A program made the position numbers and the translations under genes. This document shows positions 1 through 13,157 of a stretch of DNA of 64,000 bases, piece after piece (the stretch's first letter is position 1; every line of letters starts with the position of its first letter). The DNA lies in assembly GCF_054482525.1 (NCBI RefSeq), contig NZ_CM137006.1; one strand, given 5' to 3'. Below the pieces are notes generated by a model. It had not been told where the DNA came from. It searched no databases and worked only from the letters and a program-made list of their open reading frames with translations.

Positions 1-647
1 ACCACCCGCAAACGCTCCAGAGACTGGCGCAAACGTAGCGCATGTTCCTCATGGCTCTCTTTACCGCAACACGCCCCAGCGCAACGTTTTAATGCAGAAC
101 GAAAACAAGCACGCCCGCGGCTTAACGGTTCTAGTCCCAACAGGCCATAACAAAGTTTTTGTTCATCAGCGATGGTCTGCAATGCTTGCAAAGCTGCGCG
201 CCTATTGGCAAACAGGCCAAACAGGTTGGAGGCTCGTGAAAAATCCACCTCTTTGGCATACACCACATCAACACGCTTTTCATTTAATTGCAGGGCGCAG
301 AGCTGGCGATTGCGGCGCAACCGTTTATTAAACAGCGGCTGTTGTTCTTTGATTAATCGCGCTTCAAGGAGCAGAGCGCCGATTTCGCCTGCGGTGCAGA
401 TCCAGCTAATTCGCCGGGATTGCCGTAGCATGGCGGCTTCATCCGGGGTGCGTAAATGAGAAAGCACCCGACTGCGGATATTAACGCTTTTGCCGATATA
501 GAGCGGCATGGTGTCACTTTCGCCATGAAACAGATACACCCCTGGTCGGGTGGGTAAGTCATTAAGGAATGAACGTAAATGTTCGGGATATTCATAAATT
601 GCCGCAGCTTCAAATTCGAGCCGCGGAGAAGTTAAACGCCGTACCAC
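1..647 (-). CDS. cho: Cho (UvrC-homolog excinuclease), 3' end runs off window; GTG start
   Basis: Own minus-strand translation gives VRRLTSPRLEFEAAAIYEYPEHL...GVYLFHGESDTMPLYIGKSVNIRSRV (GIY-YIG motif); position downstream of nadE matches known order. Not in ORF track because it lacks a stop in the window. Confidence 0.8.
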   Translation of the reverse strand, partial: MVRRLTSPRLEFEAAAIYEYPEHLRSFLNDLPTRPGVYLFHGESDTMPLYIGKSVNIRSRVLSHLRTPDEAAMLRQSRRISWICTAGEIGALLLEARLIKEQQPLFNKRLRRNRQLCALQLNEKRVDVVYAKEVDFSRASNLFGLFANRRAALQALQTIADEQKLCYGLLGLEPLSRGRACFRSALKRCAGACCGKESHEEHALRLRQSLERLRV

Positions 648-739
648 TGTTGACTCCGAATGCTGGTTATCTATCCAGTGTAACAGGCGGGGAGCGATTA
701 AAAAAGAGGCGGGTTGATGACAAAGGTTACACCGTCTGA

Positions 740-835
740 CGTGCTACGCCTGTCAGGCCTATTCGACTCCTGCAATGTATTGAATTTGCATAGTTTTGTA
801 GGTCGAATAAGGCGTTCACGCCGCATCCGGCGTGA
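740..835. repeat. REP/BIME-like extragenic palindromic element
   Basis: Intergenic GC-rich palindromes (gcctgtcaggcc; cacgccgcatccggcgtgaac) typical of E. coli REP units between convergent genes. Confidence 0.5.
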
Positions 836-876
836 ACAAATTACTCTTTTTCGCACAATCCAATAGGTGCAAATTA

Positions 877-1704
877 TTACTTTTTCCAGAAATCATCGAA
901 AACGGTAATTGGCGGACGGCGTTTATGTTCGGTTTTCAGATACCAGTTCTCTATTGTTCTGGCGACCTGTTCAGGTACGTTTTTCCCTTCCAGATAGTCG
1001 TCGATATTGTCATAGGTCACGCCGAGTGCCACTTCATCTGGCAGAGAAGGGCGATCATCTTCCAGATCGGCCGTTGGCGCTTTCTTATAAAGGTGTTCCG
1101 GGCAACCTAATGCCGCCAGTAACTGTTTACCCTGACGTTTGTTGAGACGATACAGCGGATTAATGTCCGTACCGCCGTCACCATATTTAGTGAAGAATCC
1201 GGTAATGGCTTCTGCTGCATGATCGGTGCCCACCACGACACCGCTGGTCATACCCGCAATGCTATATTGTGCTTTCATCCGCTCACGCGCTTTTTCATTG
1301 CCACGGACAAAATCGCTCAGTTCAATGCCTGCTTCCCGCAATGCCTGCTCGCTTGCCAATACCGCGCCCTTGATATTAACGGTTAATACGCGATCCGGTT
1401 GAATAAAGGCAATGGCATCCTGGCAATCTTGTTCGTCGGCCTGAACACCATAGGGCAGGCGTACGGCAATAAATTGCAGCGATTCGTTGCCGGTTTCCTG
1501 GCGCAGCTCATTAATCGCCATCTGGCACAGCTTTCCGGCAAGCGTGGAGTCCTGACCGCCGCTGATCCCGAGCACCAGTGATTTAATGAACGGATAAGTT
1601 TGCAGGTAGCTTTTCAGAAAATCGACACTACGACGAATTTCCTCTTCAGCATTTATCTGCGGTTTTGCGCCCAGCGCCTTTATTATTTGTTGTTGCAATG
1701 TCAT
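877..1704 (-). CDS. nadE: NH3-dependent NAD+ synthetase
   Basis: 275-aa [36 protein letters not shown]...SGGQDS (PP-loop); recognised sequence. Confidence 0.95.
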
Positions 1705-1905
1705 TGAACCCCTCCAGACAGAAAAGACAAAACTTCCTTAAAGCTAACCCGTTGCTACTGAAACGACAAGCGACAGCGGGCTGAATGGTGGTTAAAACGT
1801 CATACAGGAATCCTCTGAAAGCGGAGCCGTTTCGTTCACGGGCTTGAAAAAGCGCCCAATGTATTCCAGGCTTATCTAACACGCTGATAAACAAGAGGAC
1901 GGAAT

Positions 1906-2244
1906 ATGAACAAGAATATGGCAGGAATTCTGAGTGCAGCGGCGGTATTAACCATGCTGGCGGGTTGTACGGCTTATGATCGTACCAAAGACCAGTTTGT
2001 ACAGCCTGTGGTGAAAGACGTCAAAAAAGGCATGAGCCGGGCGCAGGTTGCACAAATTGCAGGTAAACCTTCGTCTGAAGTGAGCATGATCCATGCTCGT
2101 GGTACTTGCCAGACCTACATCCTGGGTCAACGTGATGGTAAAGCAGAAACCTACTTTGTCGCGTTAGATGATACCGGACATGTCATCAACTCCGGTTATC
2201 AGACCTGTGCTGAATACGACACTGATCCACAGGCTGCGAAGTAA
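1906..2244 (+). CDS. osmE: Osmotically inducible lipoprotein OsmE
   Basis: 112-aa ORF with signal peptide and lipobox (LAGC); divergent from nadE as in E. coli. Confidence 0.9.
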
Positions 2245-2275
2245 TCACTTCGCCTGAAAGCTTGAGTTACAACGG

Positions 2276-2304
2276 AAACCGGCCATTGTGCCGGTTTTTT
2301 TTGG
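2276..2304 (+). terminator. Rho-independent terminator after osmE
   Basis: Hairpin aaccggcc-attg-tgccggtt followed by T8. Confidence 0.7.
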
Positions 2305-2542
2305 CCTGAGTTCTTAATTATCTTCGCGAATTATTTGCCCGAAATGTGAAGAGGGTCATAACCGCAGGTCAAGGAGAGACAATTTATAAGGTCAAAGAAA
2401 TACTATTGCTCAGGTCTATACCGTATACTCCTTTCAGCCACAAAAAAAGTCATGTTGGTTTCGCAAGTTACCCAGAGCATGGAAGCAGGTTAAGGCTTGC
2501 GGAGTGTCTGGCTGACAGATAATCGTCGATGAGGGCAGTTTT

Positions 2543-2863
2543 ATGGAAAAGAAACACATTTATCTGTTTTGTTCTGCGGGCATGTCTACCTCTTTACTGG
2601 TATCAAAAATGCGCGCACAGGCAGAAAAATATGAAGTTCCGGTCATTATTGAAGCATTTCCGGAAACACTGGCTGGTGAAAAAGGTCAGAATGCCGATGT
2701 CGTGTTATTAGGGCCGCAGATTGCTTATATGTTGCCCGAAATCCAGCGTTTGTTACCCAACAAACCGGTTGAAGTAATTGACTCGCTGCTTTATGGCAAA
2801 GTCGATGGTTTAGGCGTGCTTAAGGCTGCGGTTGCAGCGATTAAAAAAGCCGCAGCAAATTAA
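2543..2863 (+). CDS. chbB: PTS chitobiose-specific EIIB
   Basis: 106-aa [23 protein letters not shown] (EIIB Cys motif); first gene of chbBCARFG order. Confidence 0.9.
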   Translation: MEKKHIYLFCSAGMSTSLLVSKMRAQAEKYEVPVIIEAFPETLAGEKGQNADVVLLGPQIAYMLPEIQRLLPNKPVEVIDSLLYGKVDGLGVLKAAVAAIKKAAAN

Positions 2864-2947
2864 TTTATTTTAAATTTTCCCGTCAAAGAGTTATTTCATA
2901 AATCAATACCGCAATATTTAAATTGCGGTTTTTAAGGGTATTTTTCT

Positions 2948-4306
2948 ATGAGTAATGTTATTGCATCGCTTGAAAAGGTACTCCTCCCTTTTGCAGTTAA
3001 AATAGGAAAGCAGCCACACGTTAATGCAATCAAAAATGGCTTTATTCGCTTAATGCCGTTAACCCTTGCGGGGGCCATGTTTGTATTAATTAACAACGTT
3101 TTTCTAAGCTTTGGGGAGGGGTCGTTTTTTTATTCCTTAGGTATTCGCCTGGATGCCTCAACCATTGAAACACTTAATGGTCTGAAAGGTATTGGCGGCA
3201 ACGTATATAACGGAACATTAGGGATAATGTCTTTAATGGCACCGTTCTTTATTGGCATGGCGCTGGCAGAAGAGCGTAAAGTCGATGCGCTGGCGGCTGG
3301 GTTGTTATCCGTTGCAGCATTTATGACCGTCACCCCATATAGTGTCGGTGAGGCCTATGCGGTTGGCGCAAACTGGTTAGGTGGGGCGAATATCATCTCC
3401 GGGATTATTATTGGCCTGGTGGTGGCAGAAATGTTTACCTTTATTGTCCGCCGCAATTGGGTCATTAAATTGCCCGATAGCGTACCTGCTTCAGTATCGC
3501 GTTCCTTCTCGGCTTTAATTCCCGGCTTTATTATTCTTTCCGTGATGGGGATTATTGCCTGGGCGTTGAATACCTGGGGCACCAACTTCCATCAGATCAT
3601 TATGGATACCATCTCAACCCCACTGGCATCGTTGGGTAGCGTGGTGGGCTGGGCCTATGTGATCTTTGTTCCACTGCTCTGGTTCTTCGGTATTCATGGT
3701 GCGCTGGCGCTGACCGCACTGGACAACGGCATTATGACGCCTTGGGCGCTGGAAAATATCGCGACCTATCAGCAATATGGTTCCGTCGAAGCGGCGCTGG
3801 CAGCCGGTAAGACCTTCCATATCTGGGCCAAGCCGATGCTGGACTCCTTTATTTTCCTCGGTGGCAGTGGTGCGACTTTGGGTCTGATCCTGGCTATCTT
3901 TATCGCTTCTCGCCGTGCTGATTATCGTCAGGTGGCAAAACTGGCGCTGCCGTCCGGCATCTTCCAGATTAACGAACCGATTCTGTTTGGTCTGCCAATT
4001 ATCATGAACCCGGTGATGTTTATTCCGTTTGTACTGGTACAACCGATTCTGGCGGCAATCACCCTCGCAGCTTACTACATGGGCATTATTCCTCCGGTGA
4101 CCAATATTGCACCGTGGACCATGCCAACCGGTCTGGGAGCCTTCTTTAATACCAACGGTAGCGTCGCCGCATTGCTGGTCGCACTCTTCAACCTTGGCAT
4201 CGCAACGTTAATTTATCTGCCCTTTGTTGTGGTCGCTAACAAAGCACAAAATGCGATTGATAAAGAAGAGAGCGAAGAAGATATCGCTAACGCCCTGAAA
4301 TTTTAA
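2948..4306 (+). CDS. chbC: PTS chitobiose-specific EIIC permease
   Basis: 452-aa polytopic membrane ORF in chb operon position. Confidence 0.9.
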
Positions 4307-4356
4307 TCGATGCCGGTACGGGTAATCGTGCCGGTAAGAATAGAGAGGAACGATGT

Positions 4357-4707
4357 ATGATGGATCTCGATAATATTCCCGATACGCAAACGGAAGCTGA
4401 AGAGCTGGAAGAAGTGGTGATGGGGCTTATCATCAACTCCGGACAAGCGCGCAGCCTGGCGTATGCGGCACTGAAACAGGCGAAGCAGGGCGATTTTGCC
4501 GCAGCAAAAGCCATGATGGATCAGTCACGGATGGCATTGAATGAAGCGCATCTGGTACAGACGAAACTGATTGAAGGCGATGCGGGCGAAGGTAAGATGA
4601 AAGTGAGTCTGGTGCTGGTCCACGCTCAGGATCATTTAATGACGTCCATGCTTGCGCGTGAACTGATTACCGAATTAATTGAGCTTCATGAAAAACTGAA
4701 GGCATAA
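4357..4707 (+). CDS. chbA: PTS chitobiose-specific EIIA
   Basis: 116-aa ORF, helical EIIA-lactose/cellobiose family, operon position. Confidence 0.9.
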   Translation: MMDLDNIPDTQTEAEELEEVVMGLIINSGQARSLAYAALKQAKQGDFAAAKAMMDQSRMALNEAHLVQTKLIEGDAGEGKMKVSLVLVHAQDHLMTSMLARELITELIELHEKLKA

Positions 4708-4714
4708 GGAGTCG

Positions 4715-5557
4715 ATGATGCAGCCAGTGATTAACGCGCCGGAAATTGCCACTGCCCGAGAACAGCAGTTGTTTAATGGCAAAAATTTCCATGTGTTTAT
4801 CTATAACAAAACTGAGAGTATCAGCGGACTGCATCAGCACGACTATTATGAATTTACTCTGGTATTAACCGGGCGTTATTTCCAGGAGATTAACGGTAAG
4901 CGCGTGTTACTGGAACGGGGCGATTTTGTTTTTATTCCGTTAGGTTCGCACCATCAAAGTTTTTATGAGTTTGGTGCCACGCGCATATTGAACGTTGGGA
5001 TCAGTAAACGCTTTTTTGAGCAGCATTACCTGCCGTTGTTGCCTTATTGCTTTGTAGCTTCGCAGGTATACCGGACCAATAACGCTTTTCTCACCTATGT
5101 GGAAACAGTGATTTCTTCATTGAATTTCCGCGAAACAGGGCTGGAAGAGTTTGTTGAGATGGTTACTTTTTATGTCATTAACCGTTTACGTCATTACCGC
5201 GAAGAACAGGTGATTGATGATGTACCGCAGTGGCTGAAAAGTACGGTAGAAAAGATGCATGATAAAGAGCAGTTTAGTGAATCGGCGCTGGAGAATATGG
5301 TGACGTTGTCAGCCAAATCACAGGAATATTTGACGCGAGCGACTCAACGATATTATGGCAAAACACCAATGCAGATTATTAATGAGATCCGTATTAATTT
5401 TGCCAAAAAACAACTGGAAATGACCAACTATTCCGTGACGGATATTGCGTTTGAGGCCGGTTATAGTAGCCCGAGTTTGTTTATTAAAACGTTTAAGAAA
5501 TTAACGTCCTTTACGCCTAAGAGCTATCGTAAGAAATTGACTGAATTTAATCAGTAA
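4715..5557 (+). CDS. chbR: AraC-family dual regulator of chb operon
   Basis: 280-aa ORF with C-terminal AraC HTH ([13 protein letters not shown]). Confidence 0.9.
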   Translation: MMQPVINAPEIATAREQQLFNGKNFHVFIYNKTESISGLHQHDYYEFTLVLTGRYFQEINGKRVLLERGDFVFIPLGSHHQSFYEFGATRILNVGISKRFFEQHYLPLLPYCFVASQVYRTNNAFLTYVETVISSLNFRETGLEEFVEMVTFYVINRLRHYREEQVIDDVPQWLKSTVEKMHDKEQFSESALENMVTLSAKSQEYLTRATQRYYGKTPMQIINEIRINFAKKQLEMTNYSVTDIAFEAGYSSPSLFIKTFKKLTSFTPKSYRKKLTEFNQ

Positions 5558-5661
5558 GTCGTTATACCTGACAATTCACATATCTGTCCTGTTGCTGGAT
5601 TATTTATGTCCGGGGGGGCAGATATGCCAGATATCAGTATTCTGTACTGAAGGGAGAAATT

Positions 5662-7014
5662 ATGAGCCAGAAATTAAAAGTCGTCACTATTGGTGGCGGG
5701 AGCAGCTATACCCCGGAGTTACTGGAAGGATTTATTAAGCGTTATCACGAATTGCCGGTCAGCGAATTATGGCTGGTGGATGTCGAAGGTGGTAAAGCTA
5801 AACTGGATATTATTTTTGATCTCTGCCAACGGATGATTGATAACGCTGGCGTCCCGATGAAGCTTTATAAAACGCTGGATCGCCGCGAAGCATTGAAAGA
5901 TGCTGATTTCGTTACTACCCAACTGCGCGTAGGCCAATTACCGGCGCGCGCACTGGATGAACGTATTCCATTAAGTCATGGTTATCTTGGTCAGGAAACT
6001 AACGGCGCGGGCGGTCTGTTTAAAGGTCTGCGTACCATTCCGGTGATTTTTGACATCGTAAAAGATGTCGAAGAACTTTGTCCGAATGCATGGGTGATTA
6101 ACTTCACTAACCCGGCGGGAATGGTCACTGAAGCCGTTTATCGTCATACCGGATTTAAACGCTTTATCGGCGTGTGTAATATTCCGATCGGCATGAAGAT
6201 GTTTATTCGCGATGTTCTGATGCTGAAAGACAGCGATGATTTATCTATCGATCTGTTCGGCCTCAACCATATGGTGTTCATTAAGGATGTGCTGGTAAAT
6301 GGCAAATCACGCTTTGCCGAATTGCTTGATGGTGTGGCATCCGGGCAGTTAAAAGCATCTGGCGTTAAAAATATTTTCGATCTGCCATTTAGCGAAGGCT
6401 TAATTCGTTCTCTGAATCTGTTGCCGTGTTCTTATTTGCTTTATTACTTCAAGCAAAAAGAGATGCTGGCTATTGAAATGGGCGAATACTACAAAGGCGG
6501 CGCACGAGCGCAGGTAGTACAGAAAGTCGAGAAACAACTTTTTGAGCTGTATAAAAACCCGGAGTTGAAAGTTAAGCCGAAAGAACTGGAACAGCGCGGT
6601 GGGGCTTATTACTCTGATGCAGCATGCGAAGTGATCAACGCTATCTACAACGACAAGCAAGCTGAACATTACGTTAATATCCCGCATCATGGGCATATTG
6701 ATAATATTCCGGCAGACTGGGCGGTAGAAATGACCTGTACGCTGGGGCGCGATGGCGCGACGCCACATCCGCGCATTACGCATTTCGATGATAAAGTGAT
6801 GGGGCTGATTCACACCATTAAAGGCTTCGAGATTGCTGCCAGCAACGCCGCACTTAGCGGAGAGTTTAACGATGTGTTACTGGCCCTAAACCTTAGTCCG
6901 TTGGTGCATTCCGATCGCGATGCTGAGCTGCTGGCACGCGAGATGATTCTGGCGCACGAGAAATGGTTGCCAAATTTTGCCGACTGCATCGCAGAGCTTA
7001 AAAAAGCACATTAA
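5662..7014 (+). CDS. chbF: 6-phospho-beta-glucosidase (GH4, NAD/Mn-dependent)
   Basis: 450-aa ORF, N-terminal KVVTIGGGSSYTPEL Rossmann motif of family 4 glycosidases. Confidence 0.9.
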   Translation: MSQKLKVVTIGGGSSYTPELLEGFIKRYHELPVSELWLVDVEGGKAKLDIIFDLCQRMIDNAGVPMKLYKTLDRREALKDADFVTTQLRVGQLPARALDERIPLSHGYLGQETNGAGGLFKGLRTIPVIFDIVKDVEELCPNAWVINFTNPAGMVTEAVYRHTGFKRFIGVCNIPIGMKMFIRDVLMLKDSDDLSIDLFGLNHMVFIKDVLVNGKSRFAELLDGVASGQLKASGVKNIFDLPFSEGLIRSLNLLPCSYLLYYFKQKEMLAIEMGEYYKGGARAQVVQKVEKQLFELYKNPELKVKPKELEQRGGAYYSDAACEVINAIYNDKQAEHYVNIPHHGHIDNIPADWAVEMTCTLGRDGATPHPRITHFDDKVMGLIHTIKGFEIAASNAALSGEFNDVLLALNLSPLVHSDRDAELLAREMILAHEKWLPNFADCIAELKKAH

Positions 7015-7785
<771 letters not shown>

Positions 7786-7795
7786 GTAAGGTGGT

Positions 7796-7825
7796 AAGGT
7801 CACTCCCCAGGGGGCGTGACCTTAT
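7796..7825. terminator. Putative bidirectional terminator hairpin between convergent chbG and katE
   Basis: Inverted repeat aggtcac...tcccc-ag-ggggc...gtgacct in an 46-bp convergent intergenic gap. Confidence 0.45.
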
Positions 7826-7831
7826 CCATAT

Positions 7832-10093
7832 TTACGCCGGGATTTTGTCAATCTTAGGAATGCGTGACCACACGCGGTGTGCTGCCATCAGCGTTAACAG
7901 TTCATCCATAAAACTACCATCGGCGCTGTCAGCTTCCACAATCCCTTCTTCACCCTGGTCAGCGACCTTGATTGTTGCTTTAAACTTGCGCGCGTCTCCT
8001 GCCAGCGCAATCGGTTTAAGGTGTTTGTAGGCTTCCATCAGGTAGTAGTTGGCATCGCCGTTGTCAGCGATATCCGCGATATTGCCGCAAGGGACAATAA
8101 CCGCATCGACCGTCAGCGAAGGTGCACCGGCAAAGGTAGCGGCTATAGGCAACACCGTACCGTCATCCGCAGTCACTTCACCCATTCGGGAGTAGAGCAG
8201 TTTGGCATGAACGCCTTTGGCCTTCAGCGCCTTGAGAATGGCCAGAAGGTCTGCCGATCCCACTTCATCATTAAGTAAAATCGCTACCACGCGACCTTTC
8301 ACATCACCGTCAGGAATGGCGTACAAACTTAAGGATGGATCCTTTTTCAGACCGTTGACGTCCGGAGGCGGGGTGATATTCAGCTGGTCGTCCGTCAGCT
8401 CGATACCGAGATTTTTCGCCACCGCCTGGGCCAGAGTGAGATCAATATGTGCCAGCTGGTCAACAACGCGCTCACGAATATACGGACGAACTACTTTGCT
8501 TAACTCAAAACTGAAACCATCGACAATATGGCGCTGCTCGAATGGCGTCTGACTTAGCCAGAACAGACGCGGATGGGAATAATATTCGCCAAACGATGGG
8601 CTGCGCTCGCGAACTTTATTGCCTTCCACGCGCTCCTGGTATGATTCAAAACCGCCGCGTTTCGGCCCCGGCGGTGTTTCGCGCGGCCAGTTATCGTTGA
8701 TCGAGTTCGGTTCATAATTCGCCGGGTTAGTGTCGATCCCCATACGATGCATGCCGTCACGCTGGAAATTATGGTAAGGGCAGGTCGGGCGGTTAATCGG
8801 AATCTCATGGAAATTCGGCCCACCAAGACGACTGATTTGTGTATCGGTATAGGAGAACAAACGTCCCTGCAACAGGGGATCGTTGGTGAAGTCCAGACCA
8901 GGAACAATATGACCTGGATGGAATGCTGCTTGTTCGTTTTCGGCAAAGAAGTTATCCGGATTGCGATTGAGCACCATCTTGCCGACACGCTGAACGGGCA
9001 CCAGTTCTTCCGGGATAAGTTTAGTTGGATCAAGAAGGTCGAAGTCGAACTTAAATTCATCTTCCTCAGGAATCAACTGGAAGCCCAGTTCGTATTCCGG
9101 AAAATCGCCTGCTTCGATGGCTTCCCACAACTCGCGGCGGTGGAAGTCCGGGTCACGTCCGGTTAGTTTTTGTGCTTCATCCCAAACGAGTGAGGCTTTA
9201 CCTGCCAGTGGTTTCCAGTGGAAACGTACGAACGTTGCCTTCCCTTCGGCATTAATCAGGCGGAAGGTGTGAATACCGAAGCCTTCCATGGTGCGGTAAC
9301 TGCGCGGGATACCGCGATCCGACATCGCCCACATCACGTTGTGCAGAGTTTCAGGTTGCAGAGAAACATAATCCCAGAAAGTATCGTGGGCGCTTTGCCC
9401 TTGTGGAATTGCCCAGTGCGGTTCTGGTTTTACCGCATGAACAAAATCGGGGAATTTATGCGCATCCTGGATAAAGAAGATTGGCGTGTTATTGCCAACG
9501 AGGTCAAAAATACCCTCTTCAGTATAGAACTTGGTGGCAAAGCCACGGATATCACGCACGGTATCGGCAGACCCAGCACCACCCTGAACGGTAGAGAAAC
9601 GTACAAATACTGGGGTGATTTTATTCGGATCTGAGAGGAAATCCGCTTTGGTGATATCGCTTAAGCTTTTATATGGCTGGAAATAACCGTGAGCGGCTGA
9701 TCCGCGTGCATGAACAATACGTTCCGGGATGCGCTCATGGTCAAAGTGAGTGATTTTCTCGCGCAGAATAAAATCTTCCAGCAGCGTTGGACCACGGCTA
9801 CCGGCACGCAGTGAGTTTTGATCATCGGCGATGCGCACGCCCTGATTAGTGGTCAGCGCAAAATTTTCACTGCCTTTGCGTACGTCTTCCAGAGAATTAA
9901 GTTTTTCGTTACGCGTATCAGGGGCTTTCAGGCTCCCAGGGGCGGTAGGTTGTGCACCTGGCGGTGTTGGTTCAGCCGCTGGACGATGAGATCCGTCCTC
10001 AGGTGCCAGTGAGTCCATCCCCGGTTTCGCTTCGCTGGAATCGTGTAGTGGTGACTGGTGCTGATGTGGGTTCTTTTCGTTATGTTGCGACAT
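7832..10093 (-). CDS. katE: Catalase HPII
   Basis: 753-aa ORF, catalase core motifs ([24 protein letters not shown]) plus C-terminal extension typical of large-subunit catalases. Confidence 0.95.
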   Translation of the reverse strand: MSQHNEKNPHQHQSPLHDSSEAKPGMDSLAPEDGSHRPAAEPTPPGAQPTAPGSLKAPDTRNEKLNSLEDVRKGSENFALTTNQGVRIADDQNSLRAGSRGPTLLEDFILREKITHFDHERIPERIVHARGSAAHGYFQPYKSLSDITKADFLSDPNKITPVFVRFSTVQGGAGSADTVRDIRGFATKFYTEEGIFDLVGNNTPIFFIQDAHKFPDFVHAVKPEPHWAIPQGQSAHDTFWDYVSLQPETLHNVMWAMSDRGIPRSYRTMEGFGIHTFRLINAEGKATFVRFHWKPLAGKASLVWDEAQKLTGRDPDFHRRELWEAIEAGDFPEYELGFQLIPEEDEFKFDFDLLDPTKLIPEELVPVQRVGKMVLNRNPDNFFAENEQAAFHPGHIVPGLDFTNDPLLQGRLFSYTDTQISRLGGPNFHEIPINRPTCPYHNFQRDGMHRMGIDTNPANYEPNSINDNWPRETPPGPKRGGFESYQERVEGNKVRERSPSFGEYYSHPRLFWLSQTPFEQRHIVDGFSFELSKVVRPYIRERVVDQLAHIDLTLAQAVAKNLGIELTDDQLNITPPPDVNGLKKDPSLSLYAIPDGDVKGRVVAILLNDEVGSADLLAILKALKAKGVHAKLLYSRMGEVTADDGTVLPIAATFAGAPSLTVDAVIVPCGNIADIADNGDANYYLMEAYKHLKPIALAGDARKFKATIKVADQGEEGIVEADSADGSFMDELLTLMAAHRVWSRIPKIDKIPA

Positions 10094-10275
10094 TGAACTC
10101 GTCTCCTTAACTTATTACTGAAAGGGCCGCTGTTTTGGTCAAAAAACCCTCTAACTATAGACCATCAGCCAGATCCCGCTTCGGAGACTATTCTGGAAAC
10201 GGTGTTATGAAATACACGCAAAGCGGGACGTACAGGGGCTAAATCGGCTAAACTACAGTTTTTCTGATTTTTAAT

Positions 10276-10539
10276 ATGCGTTTAGTGAAGCCAGTAATGA
10301 AGAAACCGCTCCGTCAGCAAAACCGCCAGATTATTAGCTATATCCCACGCACGGAACCCGCGCCGCCAGAACATGCGATAAAGATGGATTCGTTTCGTGA
10401 TGTCTGGATGCTGCGTGGCAAATATGTTGCGTTTGTACTGATGGGAGAGTCATTTCTGCGCTCACCGGCGTTTACTGTGCCTGAATCCGCCCAGCGTTGG
10501 GCAAATCAGATCCGCCAGGAAGGGGAAGTGACTGAGTAA
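10276..10539 (+). CDS. cedA: Cell division modulator CedA (probable true start at internal ATG 10297, 80 aa)
   Basis: ORF matches CedA from MKKPLRQQNRQIISYIPR onward; divergent from katE as expected. Confidence 0.8.
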   Translation: MRLVKPVMKKPLRQQNRQIISYIPRTEPAPPEHAIKMDSFRDVWMLRGKYVAFVLMGESFLRSPAFTVPESAQRWANQIRQEGEVTE

Positions 10540-10814
10540 GGCTTAGGTACCTCCCGGTTGGGCCGGGAGTTACATGACCTGAAATTCTGTATTTCGTTGC
10601 TACATTCATTCAATCCACCTGTAACAAAAAGCTGTCTTTGACGATCTATTGCTATAAATAAGTGATCTTTTTTCTTTAATTGTTTATTTATTTTATAATA
10701 GTTAAGTTTAGCTAATCAGAATGAGCTATTTTTGATAGTTCATCCTGTGGCGTTGCCATTAAACTTATATTGTAAATTGCTTAGATTCAAATGAGATAAT
10801 AATTTTGTTGAAAT

Positions 10815-11630
10815 ATGAGGTGGGAGATGTTTTCTACAAATTTAATACAGAGTGATTATGGTAATTTAAATATTAAAAACCTTGCCTTCGACTCTTTTAA
10901 AGAAAGACTGCAGTCTACCATGACAGCACTCACTTTCTTTATATCAACGGGTCAATGTGCCTGCGATGAAATAGCAGAATCAAACTTCAATTATATGATT
11001 GCCTATATGTCTAACATTAACTATGATGCCTCAAAGCCAGGAGCGCCAGCACTTAGTTTTGATACGTATCTGCAGGACAATGTTAAATATAGAGTGATAA
11101 TTAATAATCTTTATGGTAGTGAAATTAGAATAAGAGGTATTAATGAGAATTTTGTTGGGATGGATTTTACCTGTGAATTCCGACCAGAAAAAATGACCAA
11201 TTTGATCAATATAAAAAACAGGTTGGTTATTCACTATTTAAGAACGATATACTATGAACAAAATTATATACATCCTGTTGGGAGCATTTTTGCTGCGATT
11301 CAAAAAAATGAGAGTCTCCTAAAGTTTCCTTCGGTAATATCAATGCTTAATGTCAATCTTCTTTTTAATCCACTGAATCTTCCGGGAATGGGAAGTGGTG
11401 TGCTTGAAGAGATTATGAGTATTTCAGATAGTTCACTTAGAAAACGTCTTGGGTATGAGGTTTTAAGCTTCTCGCTACAAGCACATTCATTGAGTCAGGA
11501 ATGTATCGATAAGTTAGCCATTTTTTTCGCTGACGATCTGTTTAAATATGAGTCAGTATGCATCGCCGCGATGGAACATTTAAAAAGTAAGGCAACGGCC
11601 CCTATACAAAACGGACCGTTGCCAGCATAA
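10815..11630 (+). CDS. ydjO: Uncharacterized protein YdjO (AT-rich, likely horizontally acquired)
   Basis: 271-aa ORF in expected position between cedA and ydjN; strongly AT-rich coding sequence and upstream region. Confidence 0.7.
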   Translation: MRWEMFSTNLIQSDYGNLNIKNLAFDSFKERLQSTMTALTFFISTGQCACDEIAESNFNYMIAYMSNINYDASKPGAPALSFDTYLQDNVKYRVIINNLYGSEIRIRGINENFVGMDFTCEFRPEKMTNLINIKNRLVIHYLRTIYYEQNYIHPVGSIFAAIQKNESLLKFPSVISMLNVNLLFNPLNLPGMGSGVLEEIMSISDSSLRKRLGYEVLSFSLQAHSLSQECIDKLAIFFADDLFKYESVCIAAMEHLKSKATAPIQNGPLPA

Positions 11631-11633
11631 GAA

Positions 11634-13025
11634 TTAACGGTGTGCCAGTTCGGCGTCGTCTTCGCTATCCAGAATGGCTTTATCGGTTTGCTTCAGCCAC
11701 TGGCTGGTCAGCGTACCAGCGGTCATCGAGCCACTAACGTTTAGCGCCGTACGCCCCATGTCGATAAGCGGTTCAACGGAGATTAACAATGCCACCAGGG
11801 TTACTGGCAGGCCCATCGCAGGCAGCACAATCAGTGCGGCGAAAGTTGCACCACCACCGACACCGGCAACGCCTGCGGAACTAACGGTAACAATACCGAC
11901 CAGCGTCGCAATCCACATCGGGTCCAGCGGGTTAATGCCAACCGTAGGCGCAACCATCACCGCCAACATTGCCGGATACAAACCGGCGCAGCCGTTCTGA
12001 CCAATGGTCGCACCGAAAGAGGCGGCGAAACTGGCGATGGATTCAGGAACACCGAGTCGACGCGTTTGTGCTTCCACATTCAGTGGGATAGACGCAGCAC
12101 TGGAACGGCTGGTAAAGGCAAACGTCAGTACTGGCCATACCTTACGGAAGTACTTCAGCGGGCTCACGCCATTAATGCCCAGCAGAAGGCCATGCACTGC
12201 AAACATAATCAGAAGACCGAGGTAGGACGCGACAACGAAACTTCCCAGTTTGATGATGTCTTGCAGGTTAGAACCTGCAACCACTTTGGTCATCAGCGCC
12301 AGAACGCCGTAAGGGGTCAGCTGCATGACCAGGCGAACCAGTTTCATCACCCAGCTTTGCAGGGTATCGATAGCGGCTAAGACGCGTTCACCTTTCGGCG
12401 CATCATCCTTCAGCAGTTTCAGCGCAGCTACGCCGAGGAATGCGGCAAAAATTACCACGCTGATAATTGACGTCGGATTGGCTCCGGTCAGATCAGCAAA
12501 CGGGTTTTTCGGGATAAAGGACAAGACCAGCTGCGGAACGCTCAGGTCAGAGACTTTACCAACATAGTTACTTTCGATGGCGTTCAAACGTGCAGTTTCT
12601 GCACCACCCTGAACCAGACCTTCAGCCGTCAAACCAAACAGGTTGGTGACCAGCACACCGACCAGCGCCGCAATCAGCGTGGTAAACAAAAGCGTTCCGA
12701 TGGTCAGAAAACTGATTTTGCCTAACTGTGATGCGTTATGCAGACGGGCAACCGCGCTCAGAATAGAGGCGAAGACTAACGGCATAACGATCATTTGCAG
12801 CAGTTGAACATAGCCGTTACCAACAATGTTAAACCACTGTACAGAATCTTTAAGTACCTGGCTGTCAGAACCATAAATGGTATGCAGGGCAAGGCCAAAA
12901 ACCACACCCATCACCAGACCCACCAGCACTTTTTTCGCCAGACTCCACTGTTTATGGCGGGTCTGAGCCAGCGCAAACAGCAGTACAACGAACACCACGA
13001 TGTTCGCAATTAATGGAAAGTTCAT
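11634..13025 (-). CDS. tcyP: L-cystine transporter TcyP (dicarboxylate/amino acid:cation symporter family)
   Basis: 463-aa polytopic membrane ORF (ydjN); recognised sequence. Confidence 0.9.
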   Translation of the reverse strand: MNFPLIANIVVFVVLLFALAQTRHKQWSLAKKVLVGLVMGVVFGLALHTIYGSDSQVLKDSVQWFNIVGNGYVQLLQMIVMPLVFASILSAVARLHNASQLGKISFLTIGTLLFTTLIAALVGVLVTNLFGLTAEGLVQGGAETARLNAIESNYVGKVSDLSVPQLVLSFIPKNPFADLTGANPTSIISVVIFAAFLGVAALKLLKDDAPKGERVLAAIDTLQSWVMKLVRLVMQLTPYGVLALMTKVVAGSNLQDIIKLGSFVVASYLGLLIMFAVHGLLLGINGVSPLKYFRKVWPVLTFAFTSRSSAASIPLNVEAQTRRLGVPESIASFAASFGATIGQNGCAGLYPAMLAVMVAPTVGINPLDPMWIATLVGIVTVSSAGVAGVGGGATFAALIVLPAMGLPVTLVALLISVEPLIDMGRTALNVSGSMTAGTLTSQWLKQTDKAILDSEDDAELAHR

Positions 13026-13157
13026 CCCCGTTCTCCTGATCTTATTATTTCTATCACTGCGTAGCAGTCATAGTGTTGGCGCAAGATTAACAGAACTGTG
13101 AGCTGGCTCTTATATTCAAATGGAATTGCTTATTCCAGAAAGGTGATTTTTGCCTTT

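Noticed and set aside
172-613. Track ORFs 172-459 (+) and 353-613 (-) near the window start
   Set aside because: Own translation shows the true gene here is cho on the minus strand in a different frame (GIY-YIG motif); the track ORFs are out-of-frame artefacts.
8554-9166. ORFs of 139-168 aa on both strands inside katE
   Set aside because: They lie entirely within the well-supported katE frame with no independent coding features; similar antisense or out-of-frame ORFs occur within thrS, pheT, ppsA, ydiS and ydiF.
10541-10570. Hairpin ctcccggttgggccgggag after cedA as an intrinsic terminator
   Set aside because: Good stem but no following T-tract; may be a REP-like or Rho-dependent element, so not listed as a terminator.
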